From Tubulanus polymorphus (lineage: Eukaryota; Animalia; Nemertea): a stretch of 64,000 nt of DNA. Positions 37,301 through 49,090 of this stretch are shown here, in pieces; the first letter of the stretch is position 1; each line of letters starts with the position of its first letter. The notes beneath the pieces were generated by a model. The model made no database searches. It was given only the letters and a program-made list of their open reading frames with translations, and was not told the DNA's origin. A program made the translations under genes and the position numbers. The stretch spans positions 868,001-932,000 of the forward strand of contig NC_134032.1 of assembly GCF_964204645.1 (NCBI RefSeq). The letters run 5' to 3'.

Positions 37301-40300
37301 ACTTCCTATTTGATGTGATATATACGAATATGTGCTTGAAATCATTGAGAAAAATCATTTCAATCTATTTTGAATCTTGTGTTAAAATTAGCAGGACTGC
37401 AACCTATAAAAACTGCCATCAGTAACAAACTGAATTTTCTATTGAAATATGAAAGACAATTAATCAGTAATCGACAGTAAGACCCTCAGTAACATCTTTC
37501 ATATTTCTGTTCAAATTAATCAGTAATCAACAGTAAGACCCTCAGTAACATCTTTCATATTTCTGTACAAATTAATCAGTAATCAACGGTAAGACCCTCA
37601 GTAACATCTTTCATATTTCTGTTCAAATTGATCAGTAATCAACAGTAAGACCCTCAGTAACATCTTTCATATTTCTGTACAAATTAATCAGTAATCAACG
37701 GTAAGACCCTCAGTAACATCTTTCATATTTCTGTACAAATTAATCAGTAATCAACGGTAAGACCCTCAGTAACATCTTTCATATTTCTGTTCAAATTGAT
37801 CAGTAATCAACAGTAAGACCCTCAGTAACATCTTTCATATTTCTGTACAAATTAATCAGTAATCAACGGTAAGACCCTCAGTAACATCTTTCATATTTCT
37901 GTTCAAATTAATCAGTAATCAACAGTAAGACCCTCAGTAACATCTTTCATATTTCTGTACAAATTAATCAGTAATCAACGGTAAGACCCTCAGTAACATC
38001 TTTCATATTTCTGTTCAAATTGATCAGTAATCAACAGTAAGACCCTCAGTAACATCTTTCATATTTCTGTACAAATTAATCAGTAATCAACGGTAAGACC
38101 CTCAGTAACATCTTTCATATTTCTGTTCAAATTAATCAGTAATCAACAGTAAGACCCTCAGTAACATCTTTTATATATCTGTTCAAATTAATCAGTAATC
38201 GACAGCGAGACCCTCAGTAACATCTTTCATATTTCTGTTCAAATTAATCAGTAATCGACAGTAAGACCCTCAGTAACATCTTTTATATTTCTGTTCAAAT
38301 TAATCGGTAATCGACAGTAAGACCCTCAGTAACATCTTTCATATTTCTGTTCAAATTAATCAGTAATCGACAGTAAGACCCTCAGTAACATCTTTTATAT
38401 TTCTGTTCAAATTAATCAGTAATCGACAGTAAGACCCTCAGTAACATCTTTCATATTTCTGTTCAAATTAATCAGTAATCGACAGCAAGACCCTCAGTAA
38501 CATGTTTCATATTTCTGTTCAAATTAATCAGTAATCGACAGCAAGACCTGCAGTAACATCTTTCATATTTTTGTAAGCATCAAATCAAATCAGTATTTCT
38601 CTGGATAAAGAAGTAACAAATACTGAAAATCTAGAACAGTTCACAGTTCTGTATTAGTTCATCTTCGATGATTTAATCCTAGAATCATAAACTCAAGTGG
38701 AACTATGGAACTGGATGCTGATAATTATTAATCTAAATCTTTGAATAAAAGGATAGAGCCTGCACCAGTGGGGGGAGGGTTTATGAAGAGAGGATGCTAC
38801 AGTATCCTATCACAACCATGGAGGAGGGCGTGTTACAGGGATCCACACATCAGATATACTTGCAGTCTTCTATATCGTCTTCGGAGCCTCTGGCAATTTG
38901 AAAATTGATCATCAAACCCGACCCCAAATTTAATCATTAAGTGTATAAAATAAATCCTGGACCTTCGTAATCTGAATTGAAATACTCTATGATAAAGGAA
39001 CGATGACTGATATCTACCAGAATCTATTTATCACCTTGCCTTCCTTGTAAATGGTCTCTATTTTCGAAATAACTTAAAGCCCGGCGCACGCAAGTATTGG
39101 AGTCATCGAATCAACCTTTTTTGATCTCGTGACAAGTCGGGCAGCAGAGTTTTGGATAAGCCGCAACTTTTTTTTATATTGTACAGACTTGTACCAAGTA
39201 ACAGACTATTGCAGTAATCAAGTCTAGAAAACAATGAACTAATCTTTCTGTGATTGGATTATTTAAAAAATGTCTAATTTTGCCTATTTTGTAAAGACCA
39301 AAAGAAGCTGTCTTGCAGACTTGTTTAACATGGTGATCCATGGTCATATTGATGTCAAAATAATCACCCAGATTCCGTACCACTTTGCTAGGATGTATTG
39401 CACAATCTCCGATTTGTATAAACTCTAAAAACTCTGATCTACTTTTTCTTTGAGATTTTGAGGTAAAAACCATTAATCATTAGGTCATTAGACAGTAGAT
39501 CATTAGACAGTAGATCATTAGAACATTGAACAGTTCATCATAGTAGTGTTACATAACAGTAACATAACAGTTCATCAGTAGATCATTAGACAGTAGATGA
39601 TTAGACAGTTCGTCATTAAATCATTAGACAGTAGATCATTAGAACATTGAACAGTTCATCATTAGATTATTAGACAGTTGATCATGAGTGGAAAAGGATA
39701 AAACAATGATATTATAAATAAAAAATTATAAATAAAATATTATAAATTAAAAAAAATAAATAAAATAAATAAAATAATAAATAAAAATAATTAAAAAAAT
39801 AATTAAAAAAAAAGATCATTGGGCAGTTCATCATTAGATCATTAGACAGTAGATGATTAGACAGTTCATCATTAAATCATTAGACAGTAGATCATTAGAA
39901 TATTGAACAGTTCATCATTAGATCATTAGACAGTTGATCATTAGATCTTGGACAGTAGTTGGAAGCTAGAACTTTACTTCGGGTTTGAAAAACAGTATTG
40001 TTACTATCATAAGATCATTAGACATTTAAATAACTGGAACATGAAACAACAAACAACGGATTATTAGAACATTAGACATCAGATTAGACAGTTGATAATT
40101 GCATTTTAAAATATGGATCAAAACCTCTCCTTATTGTCTATAGTTCTAGATTATCTGTGACTTGCATCTGAATACATCAATTAATTAAAAATGATGTAGA
40201 TAATAAGGAGAGTGCCTCCTAGGTCGTCGGAGCGTTGAATCAAACGTGAGAATGAATCCATTGACATCGATCGCCCAGAGATATTGATATAAATATGCGC

Positions 40301-40365
40301 TTACCAAGAGAATTCCCGACGTATAAAAATACAGCGACTACAAACAAACTCTTCATCGACGCCAT
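28363..40365 (-). CDS. Type I membrane receptor: SP-CUB-CUB-PLAT-PLAT-PLAT-Thr-rich stalk-TM-tyrosine-motif tail (~826 aa, 20 exons)
   Basis: Exons (minus): 40365-40305 (MASMKSLFVVAVFLYVGNSL); 36334-36192, 35616-35544, 35293-35162 (CUB1); 35085-34955, 34694-34604, 34527-34393 (CUB2); 34278-34052, 33973-33862; 33574-33324, 33234-33126; 33018-32762, 31619-31481 (PLAT-like x3); 31033-30989, 30869-30825 (stalk); 30653-30507 (TM); 29439-29389, 29300-29217, 29128-29079, 28560-28363 (tail, TGA). All introns GT-AG, phases chain without frameshift, total 2481 nt. CUB motifs GYITSPGFP/GYITSPNYP, YCG, F.SD...GFKL are clear; the PLAT assignment is by pattern only. Confidence 0.85.
28623..29060. repeat. 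Adjacent 22-bp (C-rich) and 32-bp (G-rich) minisatellites in the receptor's last intron
   Basis: ccctcagtgtggacccctcacc x~3.5; ggctccatgctatagatcgagggggtgtgggt x~9. Confidence 0.9.
29856..30118. mobile_element. Penelope-like terminal repeat, family 2, as an inverted pair with a hammerhead motif
   Basis: ~100-bp inverted arms around CTGACGA-T-GATATC-ttgggt-GAGATC-GAAAC-GTC (minus); homologous to 54981-55205. Confidence 0.65.
31195..31503 (-). repeat. 45-bp tandem repeat spanning a splice donor, 7 copies
   Basis: Unit gagttaaacactgtacagtttg|gtgagtaccacaatgagtacatc. Confidence 0.9.
31658..32620 (+). repeat. ~960-bp purine-rich (GA) low-complexity repeat
   Basis: gaggggagattgtgaggggtgaggag... 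almost devoid of C. Confidence 0.9.
35826..36135. mobile_element. Harbinger-like MITE (TAA TSD)
   Basis: TAA|AGCCCGGCGCAAACCTGTGCGATC...GATCGCAAAGGTGTGCGCACCCGGTT|TAA. Confidence 0.55.
37458..38572 (+). repeat. 56-bp minisatellite, ~20 copies
   Basis: aattaatcagtaatcaacagtaagaccctcagtaacatctttcatatttctgttca. Confidence 0.95.
39090..39473 (-). mobile_element. Degenerate CR1/L2-group LINE ORF2 C-terminal fragment
   Basis: VRNLG.YFD.NMTM..HV..VCKTA...L.KIGKIR.FL....TERLVH, then frameshifted LDYCNSLL and IQNSAARLVTR. Confidence 0.8.
39475..40095 (+). repeat. Low-complexity tagatcattagacag repeat with an A-rich block
   Basis: Direct inspection. Confidence 0.7.
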
Positions 40366-40392
40366 ATTGAGACTTATCGATACTAAACAACT

Positions 40393-40427
40393 AACTGTGA
40401 ACCACTAACAAAAACTGTGTTTATATA
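40393..40427 (-). promoter_or_regulatory. TATA box plus initiator core promoter of the receptor gene
   Basis: TATATAAA at 40427-40420 and Inr-like CAGTT with A at 40396 (spacing -31), 31 nt upstream of the ATG. Confidence 0.6.
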
Positions 40428-40661
40428 ATATTCACACGGACATCGATATCATCAACTTTATAAATCAGAAAACTGCGTCGCACTGTGCGTTAAACTATCA
40501 GGACACCAACGTTTTTATATGAAAATTTCACTTCCTTCTACAAAAAACATGTCCATATAAGGAAGAATCATCGTTTAACAACTATCAGGGCGGATATTAA
40601 TAAATTAGACGAGAAGATTCACAATATTTGTGTATGATGATGATGATGAGAAATCCCACCA

Positions 40662-40826
40662 GGGATCATTCATTTATTACGTACGCATAAAATTTGACTT
40701 TATCAACCCCCCCTCCCCCTCTGTACGCAAAATCAGCCATTTTTTCATATACATTAAGCATTACAGTACGCAACTGCACTGACCCCTCCCCCTCCCCTAA
40801 TGCGTACGTAATAAATGAATGACCCC
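40662..40826. mobile_element. Short MITE
   Basis: TIRs GGGATCATTCATTTATTACGTACGCA / TGCGTACGTAATAAATGAATGACCCC. Confidence 0.7.
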
Positions 40827-40844
40827 CAATAATGAAGCTAAGAT

Positions 40845-41100
40845 TGAAAAATTCGTTGAACTTCACATTTGAATTGGAAGTTGATGGAAAAATCCCATTT
40901 TTAGATGTGTGCATTCATAATTATTTGTCGTGTTTGAAATTCTCAGTTTATAGGAAACCCACTCATTCTGGATCCTACTTGCATTATTTTCCCTTTACCG
41001 CTTATAGCATAAAACTCGGTGTTGCTCGGCGATTATTTCTTCGCGCTTTTAGGATTTGCGACCCCCTTTTTCTCGATGATGAACTCACCCAGATCAGGAA
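40845..41100 (+). mobile_element. Penelope-like element RT C-terminal fragment
   Basis: LNFTFELEVDGKIPFLDV...FSVYRKPTHSGSYLHY...K.GV...LFLRAFRICDP.FLDDEL. Confidence 0.85.
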
Positions 41101-41354
41101 TTCCCACGGATCACGGATTCTATGACACAAAAAATGGAAGGGTGGCAGGAGGGAAAAAAATTTAAAAAAAATTTTTCCAAAAGACCTTGTCAAAAAGTGG
41201 AAGGGTGAAGGGGAAAAAACAAACAAAAAATAGAAATTTTCCCATTTATTGCCTGCTATTATGGGATATCCTGGAAATATAAAAGAAAAAATATAACTTG
41301 AAAACGGGGGTGAGAAAAGGGCCCAGAGGGTTAGGTTTAGGGATCCCTTCACGG

Positions 41355-42171
41355 CTAGGGGAGGTTGGGGTAAACCTTCAGACGATTTGCGATCATCTCA
41401 GAGATTGAGATCTCGTTTTTGAATGAGAAAACTGCGTTGTATCAGTGCATAGGAGACCATCATTTTTTGGCAGATAATTTCACTTCCTTGTACGAGACGT
41501 TATTTTGTGAATGACCCGGGATCATTATCTCTCTCTCTCTTCTATTGACGCACTCTGATTAACTATTGGAAACTAGAACACATAATCGTCTCTGATTGAA
41601 ATATCAAGAGGGGTAGGTCTGAGGGGTAGGACCAGGAGAAGTCATATATACCCTAGGGGAGGTTAGGGTAAACCTTCAGACGACTTGCGATCATCTCAGA
41701 GATTGAGATCTCGTTTTTGAATGAGAAAACTGCATTGTATTATAGCATAGGAGACCATCATTTTTTGGCAGATAATTTCACTTCCTTGTACGAGACGTTA
41801 TTTTGTGAATGACCCGGGATCATTATCTCTCTCTCTCTTCTATTGACGCACTCTGATTAACTATTGGAAACTAGAACACATAATCGTCTCTGATTGAAAT
41901 ATCAAGAGGGGTAGGTCTGAGGGGTAGGACCAGGAGAAGTCATATATACCCTAGGGGAGGTTAGGGTAAACCTTCAGACGACTTGCGATCATCTCAGAGA
42001 TTGAGATCTCGTTTTTGAATGAGAAAACTGCATTGTATTATAGCATAGGAGACCATCATTTTTTGGCAGATAATTTCACTTCCTTGTACGAGACGTTATT
42101 TTGTGAATGACCCGGGATCATTATCTCTCTCTCTCTCTTCTATTGACGCACTCTGATAAACTATTGGAAAC
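41355..42171 (+). repeat. 298-bp tandem repeat (~2.7 copies; related fragment at ~43905-44100)
   Basis: ctaggggaggtt(a/g)gggtaaaccttcagacga at 41355, 41653, 41951. Confidence 0.85.
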
Positions 42172-43653
42172 GGGATACACCCATAATACCTCCACCCATA
42201 ATACCTCCGCCTAAAATCCCACACCCAGAATCCCTCCACCCAGAATACCCTCATATGTGTCCAAAATACCTCCACCCAGAATTAAAAAAGATACTATAAT
42301 AAAGAAGTTTCCAGTTTCTAGGCGCCATTTTGTGGCGGTCCCTCGAGGTCGCCATTGTTGCGATAATTTGCGCTCATTTTTGAAACAAAAGTTTAGATTG
42401 AATATCATATAGCTCTGCAGTCCCTTGATTAACTTGATTTATACACCGCTATGAAGGAAATGACATCTAGATTTTTCCTAGTGATTCTAAAATATTTTGA
42501 CTGCAACAATTGGGAGCAGTAATGATATTAAACCAGGGACCGCATATTTTAACCGCGCGTCAAAAAAATCGCAAAGTTCATGCATTTTAAAATATCTAAG
42601 TATCTGGTAAAGCTATCTTTCTCATTTTTTCTATGTTTAAAGAACATTATTTGCAGTTTTGGCCTGCGTTGAAATTTTTCAAATATCTTTCCTGACGACT
42701 GATCTGTGACCGCTTGAGTTTGAGATTACGCGCCGCGGGAATTTTCCACTGCGCACCGCCGTGTCACTGAACATGGAAATATGCGAACGAAATCGCTAAA
42801 AGTTCATATCGTTTTCATGGATACATAACGGTTTCGTAAGATTTACCAAAAATCGGGAAGAAAGATAATTGCTGCGTAAATGGCTGTCAAAATAGAAGAG
42901 ATAAACCAGATGAACAGAGCGCACGTAAAACGTTTGCAGTTCCATCGACCACCGGTCCCTGGTTTAATATCATTACTGCTTTATTCTATTATTTTAAAAG
43001 TACCACCAATATTAACTATAATACATTTATAGGATCATATATAATGTATAACAATATATATATATATATATAAACCTATACTGAATAATAATTGAATAAC
43101 AATTAATGACAATGAAATGTTCACTTCCAATTAGTTATGGCTGGGAAATTTACAAATCGACCCAATTTGAACAAACAAGGAGATAGGGATTGTAGAATAT
43201 TAATTAGTTCACCTCATGTCTTTAATCTGATACTAGATTTCTCTGGAAACAATTCAATATTTAGATTATAGAATATTGATTAGTCCTATAATCTAAGAAA
43301 ACAATGTACTACATTTCGGTTTACACAATGAATTCAGTTTATTTCCATTTAACTGCAACAATGATCTTCGAACAATATACTGAAATCAACATTATACTTT
43401 GTTAACTGCTTTTAAACTACAGAACTTTGGTTTATTTGAATATGGCCTGTAAATTCAAACATGGATGGGGACAAATTCTAAAAATTATATTACTAATAGG
43501 TTCCTAATTTTTGTCCTTCAGGCATAAACCCATTAGATCTAGGGCCTGGAGATATTTTGGAAACATATGAGGGTATTCTGGGTGGAGGGATTCTGGGGGT
43601 GTGGGATTTTGGTTGGAGGTATTTTGGGCGAAGGTATTATGACAAGGATTCTG
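42172..43653. mobile_element. Non-autonomous TIR element (MULE-like, 8-9-bp TSD) with a nested MITE at 42515-42980
   Basis: ~100-bp degenerate TIRs; ATTGGAAA(C) duplicated at 42163 and 43654; host repeat resumes after it; nested TIR AGCAGTAATGATATTAAACCAGGGACCG. Confidence 0.7.
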
Positions 43654-46499
43654 ATTGGAAACTAGAACGCATAAAATTGAGAGAGGGTTAGATTTAACTT
43701 TGTCATATACATCGGGTTTGTCTAAAAGAGATTTACATTATAATCATCAAGATCGAAGAAAATAATTTCTCCACCTTTATCCAGTTTTGAAATTCTAACG
43801 GATATTAATTTTTGGAGTTTTTGAAGAGCGAGGCAATGGGGTAAAAATAACTCGTTTTGAGTTTGAAACAAATCAGCTGAATGTTCATAAATATGACATT
43901 ATACGTTTTTGAATGAAAAAACTGCGTTGTATTATAGCATAGGAAACCATCGTTTTTTGACAAATAATTTCACTTCCTTGTACGAGACGTTATTTTGTGA
44001 ATGACCCGGGATAATTATCTCTCTCTCCTCTATTGACGCAATCTAATAATAAACTTTTGAAAACGAGAACACATAATCGTCTCTGATTGAAATATCTAGA
44101 AGGATAGGGGCTTGAAGGTGGGCAGATAATTGAACATAGCTTCCTTATATCATAGTCGATATTGCCAAAAAATGAATGATAAATTGAGAGATTTTTATAT
44201 GTATAATAATCAATTTCGATTCCTGCTCGAGTTGCGTGGTTTCAAAATGCTTCACAGATATATTTGCATTTTCTAAAACCCTTTCGAATTAATTCGCGTT
44301 ATTACCAATTTTCCTCAGGGCGAGAATCAATCTGCGAGGTCCAAACAGTCGACTTATTTCCCACTAAATCAACACGAGTTTCCATTTAATACTTATTGGC
44401 TTTCATTAGTTCATTAATTAGACGCGGTTATTTTCTAATCATATTTCTACTATCATCCATTCTATCTTTATACTAGTTACATTAAGTGTATAGAATAAAT
44501 CCTGGACCTTCCTAATCTGAATTGAAATACTCTATGATAAAGGAAGGATGGCTGGATATCTACCAGAATCTATTTATCATCTTGCCTTCCTTGTAAATGG
44601 TCACTATTTTCGAAATAACCTAAAGCCCGGCCCACGCAACCGCTCGGCAACCGGCGACAGAAATCGCTCGTCGTCGAGAGGATTTACTCCGCGTCGCGCC
44701 CCAATATCAAACATGTTTGATATTCATGCGCGGATCCAGACTATCGCACATGCAGCACGTGCGGTAGTCGCAGTTTTCAAATGCCCTCGAAAATTTTTGT
44801 TTCGGGAAAAAGTAAATAAAAAGGCACACAATTTGTGAGCCATAAAAAAATAATTACCTTTCTGTACTAGGACTAAAGCAAAATGTGAATGGAAATAAAT
44901 TGACCGAAATCATAAAAGGCAATCTAAGGCATTTTCCTTTACCCAAAAAGGCACTATTCTAAAAGACACATCATTGTTGCTCTATAAATATAATCGAATC
45001 TAAAAAAGGCACAAGCAAATTGAATGTTAACACAAGTTAAGTGGCATGATACCAATAAATGGCACTCAAACTCAAACTCGCTCGCTAGGCATTAATACTG
45101 GCCCTTTTCAAAGTTGGTGCCCTTTTTTCACTGTGCTGTAGTCAGCGAATGGCTCTGGATCCGCGCCTGATATTGGGAAATTGCGGTCGTGTGCGCGCTG
45201 CAGCTGGAAACGCCCGTCGACAAGCGAGTCATCGACTAGCCAATGAATGAGCGAATAATTATCACGTGATACTTTGCGGTCTGAAGCGCGCATAAATGAT
45301 AAATGATGGCTGTATAATAAAACACCCGCATCTATTAGAATCATCATCTTGTCACATTTCACACTAGCTGCGCCTTCCTTGTATATTGTCACTATTTTGG
45401 GAATGATACAAGAGATCATTGTCTCTGAAGAGCTTTTCCAAAAAACCCTCGGAAATATTATCTCAATTTTGCTGCCTTGCTTTTTATTCTAATCATTCGG
45501 ATTAAACTAAAGAACGTTTTTGTTTAAACAAACTTTCAATTTTGAAATCGAAACTTCATCATTTTTTTGATAATTCTTTTTCTTTCTCTGCTAAACCATA
45601 ATTAACTTCCAACTGTTATAGCAATCAAATAAACTATAGATTTCTACACATAACCATAACTATATCAGGAGCTGCAGATGCTGAAAGATTGGCTAAGAGT
45701 TAACCAGTCGATAGTTGACATAAGTCGCGATCACACGGAGACGATTTGCCTCGGGCCAAATTGGCACGGATCAGGCTCGGGTCAAATTGGCACGGATCAG
45801 ACCCGAGTCAAATAATACAAACCAGATAATACAACAGTAATTTCATGCTAAACAGTTCCTGGAAATTTCTGGAAAGACTCAAAAGTTTTCCAGAAAATTT
45901 CACCCTTTCGATATAGGCCTACTTATCGGTTATGATCTCTGCTCGCAAACCTGGGTCGCAAAAAAAAAACTACGTTCACCCGAATTCAGATTATATTTAT
46001 AACTCAACATTACAAACCCTCATATGATATAAGAGCGCATTTAAAGAACTTCTTAAAAAAGCTACGTCCGGGATGTTTAATGCGGCGACAATCGCCTATA
46101 TTTAAAACAAGATGATGGTGTAACCACGCGTAGCCACTAAGACCCAACTCTAGTAGCCGAACTCAATCCAGCAAATTCTGAGAGTTTGTTACCGTTTTAT
46201 TTCCAAACTCAAACCCGCATCGTACCTTAGAAAAGTCGATGATATTTTTTTCTATTTTTTTGGAATTAATTCTAATTACTAATTTGCACGTAGATATTTC
46301 GTTATTACTAAACTAGAAATATTTGTTAATAGAAATTTTTAAAACTAGGATAATATAATTTCTGATGCATGTATCGCGCGTGTTGCTTGCTGAGTCACAG
46401 AATGACGTCATTTTTGACGTGAGTAGCTAACTAAAAGTCACCGATTATCCAAGGCGAATATTCGGAAAAACGCCGCGGAGAATTTGACGATTGAAACTA

Positions 46500-47058
46500 A
46501 TCAAGTTTTCCGACGTAAGAATATCGCAGGTTCAAACACGCGTTCAATGCAGAGTTTTCCCGCAAAACCCGAGTTTTAGAAACATCGCATTTTTGCTGGT
46601 GTAGACAGTAAACCGGGATAGGTACCGGGTCTTGAGCGTTAAACACCTACGGAGTGAATGATATAAAATCACCGGTGTTAGATATATTGCTAACTCATAC
46701 TATTCCTGTTTTCAGGTGGTAGAATAAGCAAGTTTTCGCGGTAAATTGGACAGAAACGGATCGGGCCATTAACCTGTGTTTGAGATAACCGGAGACATTT
46801 AGATGGATGGACTCGTCTTACAGCAGTTATCAGCGGGAAACACGAATAACCAGTTTTCAGAGTAGAATTCCGAGGTGTAGATTCATTCTATGATATTGAG
46901 CCCCAGAATCCAAATTTAGAATTCTGGAGAAACTTTCGATCTGCAATATTTCATCAGAACCTAACCGCACTTTCAGGGTTAACGATGATACATTTGATGG
47001 ATTTACAAATATCCGCTATTTCTGATACTTGTGTGAAATAAGCTTCAGAATAACATAG
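46500..47058 (+). pseudogene. C-type lectin domain pseudogene fragment
   Basis: After the acceptor at 46715: ...IG..., TFRWMDSSYSSY, FRVNDD..., YLCEI with in-frame stops and frameshifts; weak upstream AE...SH..GVDS segment. Confidence 0.55.
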
Positions 47059-47989
47059 CATACGAATATTAGTGTTCCGTTTATGAGGATTGGTTTATGT
47101 TTCTAAGGATTATCTGGTCGAGGTTGTTCCAGGATTGACAGTAGTTCCAATTTCATGTAGTCATAACGTGGCTCATTTCATATCATTCTGTAGTTCAGTT
47201 TTCTCACTTTGTTTCTAGTCTCTTTCTAGTGTCTGTAAATCTTACTGTGAAGTTGTCACTTGCAGTGTATTTTTATGAGTGTTCTCAAACAGTGGATCAT
47301 TTAGTGAGTTGAATTGACTGTAGACGGCAGCACTAGCTGGTTAACGCATACATATCTCAAAACATCCTACAAACCAGTTTAATAAATTCCATCAAAATAG
47401 GATTAGATGTTTATAGATCCCTCTAATAGTTGATATATTGTAAATAGTGGATGTTTGTATCATTAACAACTTTGTTATATTTTATCGAGAAAAGTTCCTA
47501 ATTCCTAATACATTATTTTACCTATTCCGTTCACTCATAACATTATAATTTTATTGGCGTTTACTGTTAAAATTTGAATTTCTGGCGATTTGTTTACAAA
47601 TATTTTCACGAATTAAGAGAAAAATAAAAACATTTCAATGAAAAACATAACAAGGTTATTTACAATATATACAAATACATGTACTATTTACTAAAACACA
47701 CGACAGACAGAAGGATAGAGATTAGACTGGTTGCCGGTCTCTTATTACCGATTAGATTTATACAATTAAACCAGTCTTACCTGTGTTTGAGGAGATTGAG
47801 ATCCACTTACGTCCAGCACTATTCACAGAAGGCGAAATCAATTGACAGATTAAACGTCTGAATGAGTTGTCAATCATAAATCAAACTCCGCCTAAAATAG
47901 AAAATCATACATAACACAATAAGAAGTGTTAACACACGAGAGAGGGCCGTAATCTGGCGTGGACGTGTAATTTTTAAAATCTTTTTTTC

Positions 47990-48175
47990 AACCCGCTAAG
48001 CGCCACGCAGGGCATTAAAAGCGGGTTCGACGTTTCTTTCTCCCGATGGGGTAGAGACCGGAGAAGAACCTTCGACCGATAAACTCTGTCGCCACCGGGG
48101 TTTGAACCCATAAACCCTGGATTGACGAGACCAGTGACCGGCGGCTTAAACCAACTCGGCGACTGCGTCGCTTGT
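47990..48175 (-). mobile_element. tRNA-derived SINE
   Basis: A-box-like TCGCCGAGTTGG and B-box GGTTCAAACCC on minus. Confidence 0.5.
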
Positions 48176-48619
48176 ATCATTCCTCGTGTTTGTGGTCATT
48201 CGTAGAATTACCATCAAACTTCTCCTTATACGGGTAAGTCTCAGTTGTAGATCAGGCAATACCCGAGGTTAATCAATAAGAGTAGAATCCAATGACAAAT
48301 GAATTGATAGCTTAAAAGTTAATCTAAAATATTAGAAATATTTCGGGTTTCTTCGGTCTGAAAATGCATATTTCTAGACTGAAGAAGGATCTTAGGAAAC
48401 ACCTGCAATATTTCTAATATTCTAAATAAACTCTTTAGGTATCAATTCATTTATTGTGTAATTTTACGGGTAAGTCTTGTTTAATTGTATAATTCTACTC
48501 ATTTCCACGATTCACACGCAATTCTACGAGATTTCGAATGAAAAATTCATTTCGTCGATGAATAAAAAGTCCGTACCGACTACAGTTGTGCAGATCCTCG
48601 CCAGAGTATTCTCAGAAGT

Positions 48620-48820
48620 TCCGATCATCGGCTTATTATAAAACTGTGCAAACGTGTCTTCGCAGTACGACCATCTGAAAGTGTTCGCGTCGAGCTGCTT
48701 CAACAGCTGAAGCAACCGCTGCCCGAGTTGAATGACTCCCACATCTAGAAGTATCAGTTCCTGTATCCGACACAACATCTTTCATTCATGACGTATATAT
48801 TGTGTCTCTCGATACCCCGG
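48620..48820 (-). mobile_element. Degenerate DIRS-type tyrosine recombinase fragment
   Basis: VSRDTI...*MKDVV..TG.DTS..GSHSTRAAVAS, then frameshifted WS...TFAQFYNKP (HxxR and catalytic Tyr motifs). Confidence 0.7.
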
Positions 48821-48873
48821 CATCAGGCTCGATACGACCTATAAATAATTGATCACAAAAACCGGCTCGATTT

Positions 48874-49090
48874 TTAGCAGACGACAGTCAAATAGAACTC
48901 AAAATTAGCGGACGACAGTCAAATAGAACTCAAAATTAGCAGACGACAGTCTAATAGAACTCAAAATTAGCAGACGTCAGTCAAATAGAACTCAAAATTA
49001 GCAGACGACAGTCAAATAGAACTCAAAATTAGCAGACGACAGTCTAATAGAACTCAAAATTAGCAGACGACAGTCAAATAAAAATCAAAA
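48874..49090 (+). repeat. 31-bp minisatellite, ~7 copies
   Basis: ttagcagacgacagtcaaatagaactcaaaa. Confidence 0.9.
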
